Assembly: GCA_965248265.1 (NCBI GenBank) | Contig: CBDFJF010000002.1 | Location: forward strand, 3,264,001 to 3,328,000 | DNA: 64,000 bases | Direction: 5' to 3' | Source: Candidatus Latescibacterota bacterium | GTDB lineage: Bacteria; Latescibacterota; UBA2968; UBA8231 | In this document: piece after piece, positions 11,578 to 20,963 of the stretch | How the letters are laid out: each line of letters opens with the position of its first letter | How positions within the stretch are numbered: position 1 is the first letter of the stretch | Translations under genes and position numbers: made by a program | The notes under the pieces: generated by a model | The model's database searches: none | Seen by the model: the letters and a program-made list of their open reading frames with translations, nothing else | Told to the model about the DNA's origin: nothing

Positions 11578-12567
11578 TCACGCGTTCATGAGAACCTTAA
11601 CGCCCTGAAAATCGAAATCGAAGTTCATCTCGCGCAAACCTTGCCGGACCATGGCTTCGCGCAAGGCCTGGCGATGGCCGGCGGCACAGTAGAAAACGAG
11701 AAATCCTCCGCCCCCAGCGCCCATCAACTTTCCCCCTAGGGCTCCCGCTTTCCTCGCACTTTCATACCATACGTCGATTTGCGAACTCGACATCTTTCCG
11801 GAACGCCGCTTCTTCGCCACCCAGTGTTCGTGCAGCAGTTCACCAAAGCGGTCGAGCTCGCCCCGCTGGAGTGCATCTTTGATGAGCAGGCCCAGCCTCT
11901 TTACTTCGTGCAGACTGTCGATGACCTCGGTCTCACCTCGCTCGGTGTCGCTCTCTTGCTGTGAGAGAATGTCAAAGCTCTCGCGTTCGATGCCGGTAAA
12001 GAACACGAGTAGGCTGCCGCGCAGCTCTTCCATCGTGTGATTCGACACGACGAGGTTCGACACCGTCACCGCCCCGTCCGTGCTGATGTCGAGGCAAGTG
12101 AGACCGCCGAAGGCCGCCAGGTAGTGGTCGTGTTTGCCAACCGGTTGCCTGGCCCGCTCCGACTCTATGAAGTTGGCTTCTTCGGCTAACTCCTGCCGCC
12201 CCATGTCCACGCGATCGTGCTCGTGCAGCGCCGCCAGCAGCGACACGACGAATGCCCCCGAGGACCCGAGTCCGGTGCGGCCGGGAACGTCGGCCATGGC
12301 GCTCAGTTCGAGTCCGCCCGCAGCCCCTGTGTGCAACAAGCACTCCCGCAACAGCGGGTGATCGATGTCACTGATGTCGCTGACCAATTCGGTGCGTGAA
12401 TACTTGACCCGTACGAAATCCTCAACCTTGAGCGTGTTCAGTTGTAGGTAGACGTACTTGTCGATGCCGGCACTGAGCACGAAGCCTCCGAATTGTCGGT
12501 AGTAGGATGGAAGGTCGGTCCCACCCCCTCCCAGGGGAATTCTCAGTGGAGCTCTGGTGGTGATCAC
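11578..12567 (-). CDS. hddA: GHMP kinase, D-glycero-alpha-D-manno-heptose-7-phosphate kinase-like
   Basis: TRAPLRIPLGGGGTD, PGRTGLGSSG, KLMGAGGGGF; start set at GTG 12567. Confidence 0.8.
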   Translation of the reverse strand: MITTRAPLRIPLGGGGTDLPSYYRQFGGFVLSAGIDKYVYLQLNTLKVEDFVRVKYSRTELVSDISDIDHPLLRECLLHTGAAGGLELSAMADVPGRTGLGSSGAFVVSLLAALHEHDRVDMGRQELAEEANFIESERARQPVGKHDHYLAAFGGLTCLDISTDGAVTVSNLVVSNHTMEELRGSLLVFFTGIERESFDILSQQESDTERGETEVIDSLHEVKRLGLLIKDALQRGELDRFGELLHEHWVAKKRRSGKMSSSQIDVWYESARKAGALGGKLMGAGGGGFLVFYCAAGHRQALREAMVRQGLREMNFDFDFQGVKVLMNA

Positions 12568-12595
12568 GATGTAGCTGATCCGGAGGAAGGAAGGA

Positions 12596-13315
12596 TTAAG
12601 GTAGAGCAAAAGACCCGTTCGCAACGGCTTCACGGGTGCGCCGGTAGCGCTCTGGCGTGTCGGTGGAAAGTAATTGACCCTCCAGAGCATGTCCATAAAT
12701 GCCTACGCCACGGCGCAGCAGCAGGGGAAACACGTCCCGGGCAAAGTCGACGGGGCCATTCGGGATCATCTGCACGATGCTGTTGTGCAGGATGTACAGG
12801 CCGCCGTTGACCAGGTAATCGTCGAACACCTCCTCCGGTTTCGGTTTTTCGATCAACCGCGTGATGCGACCATTGTCGCCAAGCTCGACGATGCCGCGGC
12901 TCTCCGGCTCATCCATCCACAACAGGCCGACGGAGGCGAGTTCGCCTTCGCGTTCGTGCGCAAGGCGCAGATCTGTGAGGTTGATGTTGGAGAGGTTGTC
13001 GCCGTAATAGACGAGAAAGGGCTCATCGAAAAAATCGGCGAGTGCGCGGACAGCACCGGCGGTGCCCAACAGTTCGCGCTCTATTGAGTAATGGATGCGC
13101 ACTCCCCATTCGGAACCGTCACCGAAGTGTTTTTCAATGGCTGCGCCGTGATGATGGAGATTGATAGCGATGTCGTCGAAGCCATGGAGGGAGAGCAAGC
13201 GGATAACATGCTCGAGCAGTGGTCGGTCACCGACCGGGATCATCGTTTTGGGGACCCGGTCCGTCAGTGGACGCAGGCGACTGCCGACGCCGGCCGCCAG
13301 CACCATCGCCTTCAT
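12596..13315 (-). CDS. hddC: Sugar-1-phosphate nucleotidyltransferase (HddC/guanylyltransferase-like)
   Basis: MKAMVLAAGVGSRLRPLT..VPK, LGTAGAV, YGDNL; start set at ATG 13315. Confidence 0.75.
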   Translation of the reverse strand: MKAMVLAAGVGSRLRPLTDRVPKTMIPVGDRPLLEHVIRLLSLHGFDDIAINLHHHGAAIEKHFGDGSEWGVRIHYSIERELLGTAGAVRALADFFDEPFLVYYGDNLSNINLTDLRLAHEREGELASVGLLWMDEPESRGIVELGDNGRITRLIEKPKPEEVFDDYLVNGGLYILHNSIVQMIPNGPVDFARDVFPLLLRRGVGIYGHALEGQLLSTDTPERYRRTREAVANGSFALP

Positions 13316-13317
13316 CG

Positions 13318-14433
13318 TCAGCTGGCGCCGCGGATGATGCCGGCTTCGCGCATGGCGCTTTCGCTGCCGGCGTAGTACTCGTCGAGGTCGTCCTGTTCGC
13401 GCACCCAGTCGACGTACTCCTGGGCGATGGTCTGCAATGGTGTACTGGGTTGCCAGCCCAATGCTCCCAAAGACTCCCACGACGATACCGTGTGTCGCGT
13501 GTCGCCGTAACGGTATTCGCCTGAGACAATGGGTTTGAAGTCCTTGCCGCAGGTGTGGGTAAGGAGATCGGCGTATTCGACCACCGTTGTCGGGCCGCGT
13601 CCGGCGACATTGAAGCTGCGGAAATTGGCACGTTCGTCCTCCAGCGCCAGCACGTTGGCGCGGGCCACATCGCCGACGTAGACGTAGTCGCGCCGCTGTT
13701 GTCCGTCCTCGAAGCAAACGGGGGCTTTGTCGTGCAGTAGCCGCAAGGTGAATATCCGGGCTATGCCGGAGTAGGCATTGTAGAACGAGTTGCGTGGGCC
13801 GTGGACGATCGAGTACCTCATGTTGGCCACCGGGATGTCGTACTTGCGGCCCAGGTTCAACGCCAGCAATTCCAGGGCGTATTTGGAGATGCCGTAAGCC
13901 GTGTGTGGGTTCGTCGTGGCCTCGTCGAACACCTGCGACTCACCAGGGCCATCGCACACGGGGCAGGAGATCTCCCACTGGCCCTTTGACAACTGGCTTT
14001 CACTGCGGGCCTGGGGGAAAAAGGTACCGTGCTCCTCGCAGTGGTATCGTCCTTCTCCGTAAACGGATTGAGAGGAGGCGAGGACGACCTTGCCTACCGG
14101 TAGGTTGTCGGCGACGATGAGTTCGAACAGCAGGGCCGTGCTGAGTGTGTTGACGTCGATGAAGGTGCTGAAATCGGGCATGTAGTCCTGATAAGCGGCC
14201 AGGTGAAAGACCGCGTCGACACCGTCCAGGGCATGCCTGAGGTCGTCTCTGCTCCTGACGTCACCGCGGACCCTGTCGACCTCGGGTGGCAGATAGTCCG
14301 GCCAGCCCCGGGGATGGACTCGCTCCTGCAGGCTGTCCAGCACGCGAACTGCATAGCCTTTGGCAAGCAGTTCGTCTACGGTATGGGAGCCGATGAATCC
14401 TGCCCCGCCTGTGACCAGAACGGTCTGTACCAT
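13318..14433 (-). CDS. NAD-dependent epimerase/dehydratase (extended SDR, with Cys/His insert)
   Basis: TGGAGFIGSH, SSQSVYG, YGISK, RDYVYVGD; CEEH...CPVC insert. Confidence 0.9.
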   Translation of the reverse strand: MVQTVLVTGGAGFIGSHTVDELLAKGYAVRVLDSLQERVHPRGWPDYLPPEVDRVRGDVRSRDDLRHALDGVDAVFHLAAYQDYMPDFSTFIDVNTLSTALLFELIVADNLPVGKVVLASSQSVYGEGRYHCEEHGTFFPQARSESQLSKGQWEISCPVCDGPGESQVFDEATTNPHTAYGISKYALELLALNLGRKYDIPVANMRYSIVHGPRNSFYNAYSGIARIFTLRLLHDKAPVCFEDGQQRRDYVYVGDVARANVLALEDERANFRSFNVAGRGPTTVVEYADLLTHTCGKDFKPIVSGEYRYGDTRHTVSSWESLGALGWQPSTPLQTIAQEYVDWVREQDDLDEYYAGSESAMREAGIIRGAS

Positions 14434-14559
14434 AAATCGTAGAGCTACCTTTCGTTGTCAGTCGACGAATGCTGAAATGTCGTACCCGCTGTCGAGGGAT
14501 TTCGTATAACCCGTTAACAAATATAGACATAGGGTTTTTCAGCTTCAACGGGTCCGACG

Positions 14560-14589
14560 TTGACAGGTGAAATTGGCCCACCTTAGTTT
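14560..14589 (+). promoter_or_regulatory. Sigma70-like promoter for SGNH-YfhO-DUF2723 genes
   Basis: TTGACA-N18-TAGTTT. Confidence 0.4.
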
Positions 14590-14636
14590 GAGGACTGCAC
14601 CCCTTCGTTCCCCAGTCCGTTCGGATACCACCGATC

Positions 14637-15836
14637 ATGTCACCCGTGCCGGTACCGTCGACGAACAGCCAGCTGAAGGCGCGCGCAGCTCTCGTCGTCG
14701 CCAGCCTTGCGGTTGGACTGATTCTGTGTGAGGTCCTGCTGCGCTTTTTCGCACCTCAAGTTACCAGACGTCACGTCTTATGGGCCTATGATGCGGAACT
14801 CGGTTGGCGACACATCGCCGGGGCTTCCGGCCGCATGCTGAGTCCGGAGTTCGATGTCAACGTGCACATCAACTCTGACGGGCTCAGGGATCGAGAGTAC
14901 AGTGAAGAGAAACCCCCGAACGTCCATCGTATCCTCGTTTTTGGGGATTCCTTCGCGGAGGGATGGGGGGTGCCCGTGGACCGTAGTTTCTCTGAGAAAC
15001 TCGAGAGTAATCTCGGAGGCCGAGAGGGTCGTGTGCTTGAAGTTCTCAATTTCGGCGTTGCTGGCTTCGGAACCGATCAGGAGTTGTTGCTGTTTCGCCG
15101 CCACGGTACCCGCTACCATGCGGACGACGTTGTCGTCCTGTTCTACGCCAATGACCTGTGGAACAACCTGAGTCGGAGGGGCATTGGCAGCGAACGCGGC
15201 CACAAACCCTACTTCCGGATTTCGAGGGAGGGGGAGTTGATGTTACGCGGGGTCCCAGTGAAGAAGAGCCGGTACTGGAGTCTACAAGAAGGCGCCTGGA
15301 ACCCTCCAGCCGCGCAGCGATTCCAGCGCTACCTGTTCGACCACTGGCATACTCTGGCCTTGGTTGGCAAGGCATTGCGCTCCTCGCCTGTGCCCGCGGC
15401 GCAGCGGGCGAAGTACTACGAAGGCCTGTACGGCCGAACCGAGACGGCCCGGGACAAGACCGGATGGCGCTTGACCGGGGCGATTTTGCGTGAATTCCAG
15501 CAGGCGGTGGTGGCAACGGGCGCGCGCTTCCACCTCGTGTACGTCCCAGCCATCGTTCAGGTAGAGGAGGAAAACTGGCGTTTGAAACGGCAGCTGCATG
15601 GGCTTGCCGGTGAGGATTTCGACCTGCAAAAGCCCAATCGACAGCTGCGCGCCATAACGACTGACCACCAGATCTTTTTCATCGATCTGACGCCGAGTTT
15701 CGTTGCCGAGGCAGGCACCCGCACCCTTTACTTCCGCGACAGCCATTGGAACGAGGCCGGACATGCCCTGGCCGCAGAAGTGGTAGGGGAGCATCTGCAG
15801 CCTCGACTCGGTGTTGGGGAGGTCGCCCGCCAGTGA
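14637..15836 (+). CDS. Membrane-anchored SGNH/GDSL hydrolase (AlgX/AlgJ-like)
   Basis: N-terminal TM helix, INSDGLRD, FGDSF, NFGVAGFGTDQE, D-S-H-W-N..GH. Confidence 0.85.
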   Translation: MSPVPVPSTNSQLKARAALVVASLAVGLILCEVLLRFFAPQVTRRHVLWAYDAELGWRHIAGASGRMLSPEFDVNVHINSDGLRDREYSEEKPPNVHRILVFGDSFAEGWGVPVDRSFSEKLESNLGGREGRVLEVLNFGVAGFGTDQELLLFRRHGTRYHADDVVVLFYANDLWNNLSRRGIGSERGHKPYFRISREGELMLRGVPVKKSRYWSLQEGAWNPPAAQRFQRYLFDHWHTLALVGKALRSSPVPAAQRAKYYEGLYGRTETARDKTGWRLTGAILREFQQAVVATGARFHLVYVPAIVQVEEENWRLKRQLHGLAGEDFDLQKPNRQLRAITTDHQIFFIDLTPSFVAEAGTRTLYFRDSHWNEAGHALAAEVVGEHLQPRLGVGEVARQ

Positions 15837-18364
15837 AACTGGAGACGGCAGACCGGGTAGCCCTTGGGGCCATGGCCATCGCTACGGCCGTGTTCTTCTG
15901 GGACGCGCTGTTGATGCGGGGCACGTTTTTCGTGCAGGACGTCATGGTGCAGAACTATCCCTTTCGAGATTTTTTCGCCAAGGCGTTGAAGGATTTTCAG
16001 TTTCCTCTGTGGCACCCGGGCATCAACGGCGGATTTCCGCTCTTCGCTGAAGGCCAGGCGGGCGCTCTGTACCCACTCAATCTGCTTCTTGGTTTGCTGT
16101 CGCCGACCCACGTCGGCCTGAATCTGAGTGTCATCCTCCATACCTGGATCGCGGCGGCGGGCACTTACTGCTTTCTGCGTGTCCTGCGATGCGTTCCGAG
16201 CGCGGCGATGACGGCGGCGGTGACCTACGCCTTCAGCGGTTTCCTCATCGTTCGTGCCATGTCACAGAACTACCAGGCCGTCGCGGCGTGGTTTCCAGTC
16301 CTGTTTCTCCTCGCAGAGCTTGCCCTGAGTAGACGCCGGCCGTGGGTCTGGTTGAGCGTGATGACGGCCGTAGTCGGGCTGCAGTTTCTCGCCGGCCATC
16401 CGCAGGCCACCGTGTACGGATTGGTTGCGGCCAGTCTGTATGGCGTGATCCGCGGTCTGACGACTGGCGCGAGGTGCTCCCGCATCGTCGCTTTCGTTGC
16501 GGTTCCCGCGATGGGCGCCGCTGTGGCGGCCGTTCAGTTGTTGCCTACATGGGAGTTGGTGCAGCTGTCGGGGCGTGGTGAAGGGCTCTCATGGGAGACC
16601 TTCGTGAGCATGTCGTTGCCGCCAGAGCGCCTGATCACTCTTTTTCTTCCCAATTTCTACGGCAATTCTTCGCTCGGTACCTACTGGGCCCAGGAGCAGG
16701 GGTTTTTCATTCAGCTGTGTCCCTACATAGGTATCATCCCGCTGTTTCTCGGTCTCAGTGCTGCCCGCAACCGAACAGATGTTCCGACCGTATTCTTCGT
16801 GGCCCTCTGCGTTCTGGCCTTGCTGCTGTCACTGGGGAAGTACACGACGCTGTACAATCTGATCTACCAGCTGCCTGGACTTAGCTCCTTCCGCATTCCC
16901 ACCCGCTTTCTCTTGTGGTGGGCGTTGGGAGGGGCCGTACTGGCGGGATTGGGTCTTGATCGATTACTGGGCGGCGGTGGCGGATCCACTTCCATTCCTC
17001 GCAGTTCCCGAGGTTGGACGGTCGGGTGGGGGATCATACTCATTGTCGGCCTCGGCTGCATGCTCTGGCTGAATCGCCATGCTTTTCCATCGGAAATCGG
17101 GCAATGGTTGACGCGCTCGTCGGAGGCAGATACCCCCCTCATCCGCTTCAGTCGCGAACTGGGCTGGGATCTGCTACGACTGCTGGCGATGACGGCGGCC
17201 GCGCTCGTCGTTTTTTCGTGGTTCCCCAGAGGCAAGCGGCGTTCATGGGCGTGGGGCGTTGTCGCACTCGTTTTCGTGGATCTCTATGGTTTTGGAGCAC
17301 GATTCAATCCTCTGATTCCGGATGAGGTCTACACCCGGGTTCCAGCTTCAGCTCAGATCATATTGGAGAGGACGCAAGCGGAGGCTGATTCGGTCCACCT
17401 GCCTCCGGCAGCAGGGTTTCGAATCGTCAGCATGATCTCCGAACGCTCCTCCCCATATGACTGGCATTCCGGCTGGGCCGTCGACAACACCTCCTATCTC
17501 CGATATCCCGAAACCCTGAGGATGTACTCGGGAACCCTGTACGGACTGGCCAATACCCTGCCCGGTTGGAGTCCCCTTCACCTGCGGAGTCAGTGGCAAT
17601 TCGTGCGTGGATATCCGCAGCTCCTTCCGATCGCCAATGCGCGATTTTTAATTTCTCATAAAAAGTTGCAGGACAATGAGTTAAGATCAATACATGATGG
17701 GGTTGTCAGGGTCTACGAGGATCCAACGGTGTTGCCAAGGGCATACGTCGTCGAAGCCGACACAGTTATCACCGAAGCGCTCCCAAGAATCCGCTTCATG
17801 CGTTCAGATGAGTTTGGGCCGGCGAGGCAAGTCGTACTCTCACAACGACCCTGGGAACGGCGCATTCGCCAAGCACGATCTGTGGACGGAAGAGGCGGTG
17901 GAGCCTATGCCGCGCGAATTACCCTTTACCAGCCGGAGGAAGTTCGCGTCGACCTCGGGCACCACGGTGCCGGGCTGTTGGTGCTCAGCGACACCCACTA
18001 TCCGGGATGGCGAGCCTGGGTAGACGGCCGCGAGGTGCCCATCGCCCAGGCCAACCATGTATTTCGCGCTGTGCAAGTGAAGGCGGGGGACCGTGAGGTG
18101 GTTTTTCGCTTCGAGTCGATGAGTTTTCGCGTTGGGGCTGGAATCAGCTTGCTGAGCGCGTTGCTGGTGCTGTTGGGAGCATGGAAGGCACGGAACAGGG
18201 TCGATGAGCGGGTGCGCCGAGAGGCGGAGATTGGGGCTCACATCCGTCACTGGGTGATTCAGCTGGGGTTGATCATCCTCTTACACGCGGTCACGCGACT
18301 GTGGCCGCAATGGATGCTGGCGGTTGAGCGCGCCAGCATGCCGATGGGTTGGGGAGGAGGATGA
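15833..18364 (+). CDS. YfhO family GT-C-type membrane glycosyltransferase
   Basis: FPLWHP...GFPLFAEGQAGALYPL, AGHPQ, FRIPTRF, C-terminal LVLSDTHYPGWRAWVDG...ANHVFRAV; GTGA overlap with the upstream gene. Confidence 0.85.
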   Translation: MKLETADRVALGAMAIATAVFFWDALLMRGTFFVQDVMVQNYPFRDFFAKALKDFQFPLWHPGINGGFPLFAEGQAGALYPLNLLLGLLSPTHVGLNLSVILHTWIAAAGTYCFLRVLRCVPSAAMTAAVTYAFSGFLIVRAMSQNYQAVAAWFPVLFLLAELALSRRRPWVWLSVMTAVVGLQFLAGHPQATVYGLVAASLYGVIRGLTTGARCSRIVAFVAVPAMGAAVAAVQLLPTWELVQLSGRGEGLSWETFVSMSLPPERLITLFLPNFYGNSSLGTYWAQEQGFFIQLCPYIGIIPLFLGLSAARNRTDVPTVFFVALCVLALLLSLGKYTTLYNLIYQLPGLSSFRIPTRFLLWWALGGAVLAGLGLDRLLGGGGGSTSIPRSSRGWTVGWGIILIVGLGCMLWLNRHAFPSEIGQWLTRSSEADTPLIRFSRELGWDLLRLLAMTAAALVVFSWFPRGKRRSWAWGVVALVFVDLYGFGARFNPLIPDEVYTRVPASAQIILERTQAEADSVHLPPAAGFRIVSMISERSSPYDWHSGWAVDNTSYLRYPETLRMYSGTLYGLANTLPGWSPLHLRSQWQFVRGYPQLLPIANARFLISHKKLQDNELRSIHDGVVRVYEDPTVLPRAYVVEADTVITEALPRIRFMRSDEFGPARQVVLSQRPWERRIRQARSVDGRGGGAYAARITLYQPEEVRVDLGHHGAGLLVLSDTHYPGWRAWVDGREVPIAQANHVFRAVQVKAGDREVVFRFESMSFRVGAGISLLSALLVLLGAWKARNRVDERVRREAEIGAHIRHWVIQLGLIILLHAVTRLWPQWMLAVERASMPMGWGGG

Positions 18365-20298
18365 GGGCGGTCATGCTCGCAAAGGAAACAACAGTACTGA
18401 CATTCGTGTTGAGTGCACTCGTGTACGGTTTGACGCTGTGTCCGACCGTTTACGTCGAGGGCAGTGGTGAGTTGATCGGCGCTGTCAGCATGCTGGGCAC
18501 GCCACATCCGACGGGGTACCCGCTATTCTGTCTGCTCGGGCGGCTGGTCGTCGTGGCCCTGCCGATGGGGAACGCCGCGCTGGAGGTAAACGTCGCCTCC
18601 GCCTTGACCTGCGCCATGGCGGCGTCTGCCCTATCAGCGTTCCTCCACAGCCGGGGTGTGCACGCGTTGACGGCGATCGGTTCAGCCCTGGTATTCGCGT
18701 TCTCCGCCACGTTCTGGAGTCAAGCAGTAATCGCCGAAGTCTATGGCCTGAGCATGTTGGGCGCCGTACTTACCCTGGCCGTCTGGACGAAGGCGTTCGA
18801 TGACACCCGAAGCGAGCGCTGGCTCGTCTTCGCCGCCTTTTACACCGGTCTGGCAGCCTCAACGCACCTGAGCCAGCTCTTGTTGTTGCCAGGTATAGGT
18901 CTTCTCGGCCTGCGGCGGTGGTGGTTCTCCTCAACGGCCGCAGGCCGTTCCTCATCGACCGCGGGTTCCTCCATGGCAGGGCACTGGGCAACAGCTGGTA
19001 AGATGCTGGGTGCCGCCTGTACCGGTTACAGCATCGTCCTCTACCTGCCGTTGAGATCCGGACGCGGATCTGGCTTTCACTGGAGTACTCTCGATACGCC
19101 TGCCGCTCTGTGGGATCATCTGACAGCAGCATCGTACCGCTCGTCCTTCTTCGGCATGCCTCTGGAGGGTGCGTTGATAAACGCCTCCCGCTTCGCGCAG
19201 CAGATCGTGACGGAGTTTCCCCCCCTGCTATTGGCTCCGATGGTGTGGGGATTGTGGGTGGCTTTCAGGCGCGATCCCGCACTCACCTGGATGGTAGGTT
19301 GCGCGGCTGTCGCGAACCTGCTTACGGCCCTCAACTATCATCGCGACCCCAACGGGCTCGACGTGTTTTTTCTCCAGTCGATTTTGAGTGGGGTGGTCTT
19401 TCTGGGGTACGGAGTCGATGACCTGGCCAGCCGTATCAAGCGTGGTCTCCATGGGAGCCGGCAGGCCGCGGCTGGCCTTCTTGCGGCTCTTATGGTCCTC
19501 GGCGTCATCACCGCCAACCATCAAGAGGCCGATCGGAGCGACAGCCGGGTGGCCCATCGGTATGGCATGGACATCCTCCAGTCACTTCCGCCATCGGCGA
19601 CATTGATGAGTGAAGGGGACGATGCCAGCTTCATTCTCGATTACCTGAAGCGCGTAGAAGGTGTCCGTCCCGATGTCACACTCCACAACCGGAACGGGTT
19701 GGGCAGTGGACCAGCTTTGGCGTCGATTTATGAGCCGCGTGTGCGTGGGCTCTTGCACCGGGCAGCGGAACGGGATCTGGTTCTGGCCTCGGCGTCTGGG
19801 GGGCCTCCGCTGTTCAGCGTTTTCGCCAGAAGGATGCCGGTGGAGGATGGATTCGAGTTTGTCCCACACGGGTTGGTGTACCGGGTTGCAGCAAGTGACC
19901 GTGGGCTCGAACCGACATACCCCATCGATATGGCCAATGCCGCAACCGATCTCGAGATTGACGGCGATCCGTGGGTGCGCAAGATCCAAGCCAACTACTG
20001 GTACATGCTGGGAGAGCACGAAGCGCAAAGCGGCTGGTCTGAGACCGCAAAGGCGGCCTACGTGAGGGCAGGAGAGATCGCCCATTCCTCCCGGACAATG
20101 CAGTCTAACATTGCTCGTATTCTATTCTTGAACAACGAATTAGAAGAGGCACTTGATTATGTTATGAGGGCCATTGAGATCGATTCAATGTGGCCACGCT
20201 CCTATTCGCTCGCCGTTCGCATTCTGACGAAGTTGGGACGACTTGAGGAGGCCAGGGTGCTGAACAAAAGGGCAGCAAAAATGCGCCGGTTTTCTTGA
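18361..20298 (+). CDS. DUF2723 / TMEM260-like membrane glycosyltransferase with C-terminal TPRs
   Basis: TLCPTV..EGSGELI....LGTPHPTGYPLF, FWSQAVIAEVY, EGDD, VEGVRPDV, TPR-like tail; ATGA overlap. Confidence 0.85.
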   Translation: MRAVMLAKETTVLTFVLSALVYGLTLCPTVYVEGSGELIGAVSMLGTPHPTGYPLFCLLGRLVVVALPMGNAALEVNVASALTCAMAASALSAFLHSRGVHALTAIGSALVFAFSATFWSQAVIAEVYGLSMLGAVLTLAVWTKAFDDTRSERWLVFAAFYTGLAASTHLSQLLLLPGIGLLGLRRWWFSSTAAGRSSSTAGSSMAGHWATAGKMLGAACTGYSIVLYLPLRSGRGSGFHWSTLDTPAALWDHLTAASYRSSFFGMPLEGALINASRFAQQIVTEFPPLLLAPMVWGLWVAFRRDPALTWMVGCAAVANLLTALNYHRDPNGLDVFFLQSILSGVVFLGYGVDDLASRIKRGLHGSRQAAAGLLAALMVLGVITANHQEADRSDSRVAHRYGMDILQSLPPSATLMSEGDDASFILDYLKRVEGVRPDVTLHNRNGLGSGPALASIYEPRVRGLLHRAAERDLVLASASGGPPLFSVFARRMPVEDGFEFVPHGLVYRVAASDRGLEPTYPIDMANAATDLEIDGDPWVRKIQANYWYMLGEHEAQSGWSETAKAAYVRAGEIAHSSRTMQSNIARILFLNNELEEALDYVMRAIEIDSMWPRSYSLAVRILTKLGRLEEARVLNKRAAKMRRFS

Positions 20299-20410
20299 CG
20301 CATCAGTGGTCCTGGCGTACGTTGCATTTCCTCCCCTCCCATTGTTTTCATCCAGCTCCAATGATTAAAATAGCCGACTACAGTGCCTAAAGGACCGTAA
20401 GGTAGTTTTC

Positions 20411-20869
20411 ATGGGTAGATGGGCCCGCATTCTGAGGCAAGAACACGTGGTGGCCGGCTTACAGTCGAACCGCAAGTTCGATGCGTTGCGTGAGTTGACA
20501 GCGGTGTTGGAGGATGCGGAGGCTATCCAGGATCACAAGCAGTTCCTCGCAGATCTGATTCGACGAGAGAAGCAAAGCTCCACCGGAATCGGCAAGAATG
20601 TGGCCGTCCCCCACGTCCATGAAGATTCGATCCGCAAAGAGGTTCTTGCCGTCGGCATATCGAAAGAGGGAATCGAATTCGACTCCGTTGACGGAGAGCC
20701 CGTCCACATAATTGCGCTGTTGGCAACACCTCTCAAACATCAAAAGAAGCATATGGAGCTGCTGGCGTCGCTATCGCGCATGCTCCAGGACGAAGAGACT
20801 CGATCCGAGCTTATCGCTGCCGCCGATGCTGCCACAATCGTAGAGATCTTTCACCGGCAAGACGATTGA
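20411..20869 (+). CDS. PTS EIIA (PtsN/fructose-type) protein
   Basis: REKQSSTGIGKNVAVPH, GIEFDSVDGEPVH, HMELLASLSR. Confidence 0.9.
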   Translation: MGRWARILRQEHVVAGLQSNRKFDALRELTAVLEDAEAIQDHKQFLADLIRREKQSSTGIGKNVAVPHVHEDSIRKEVLAVGISKEGIEFDSVDGEPVHIIALLATPLKHQKKHMELLASLSRMLQDEETRSELIAAADAATIVEIFHRQDD

Positions 20870-20963
20870 GCCCCCTCGCGGAATATACCTAACATATTGT
20901 GCTGCAATAGGATGTTGCGACCGGCTGCTGCGGGTATGGCTGTTGGGCGGACCGAAGAAGAGC

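Noticed and set aside
12568-13717. Apparent long overlaps among hddA, hddC and the epimerase in the ORF track
   Set aside because: Artefacts of choosing the first available start codon; motif-based starts (12567, 13315) remove them. The same applies to YfhO, the rSAM gene, eno and the OM barrel.
18925-18981. Ser/Thr/Ala/Gly micro-repeat in the DUF2723 gene (FSSTAAGRSSSTAGSSMAG)
   Set aside because: A low-complexity loop insertion, in frame, with no further signal.
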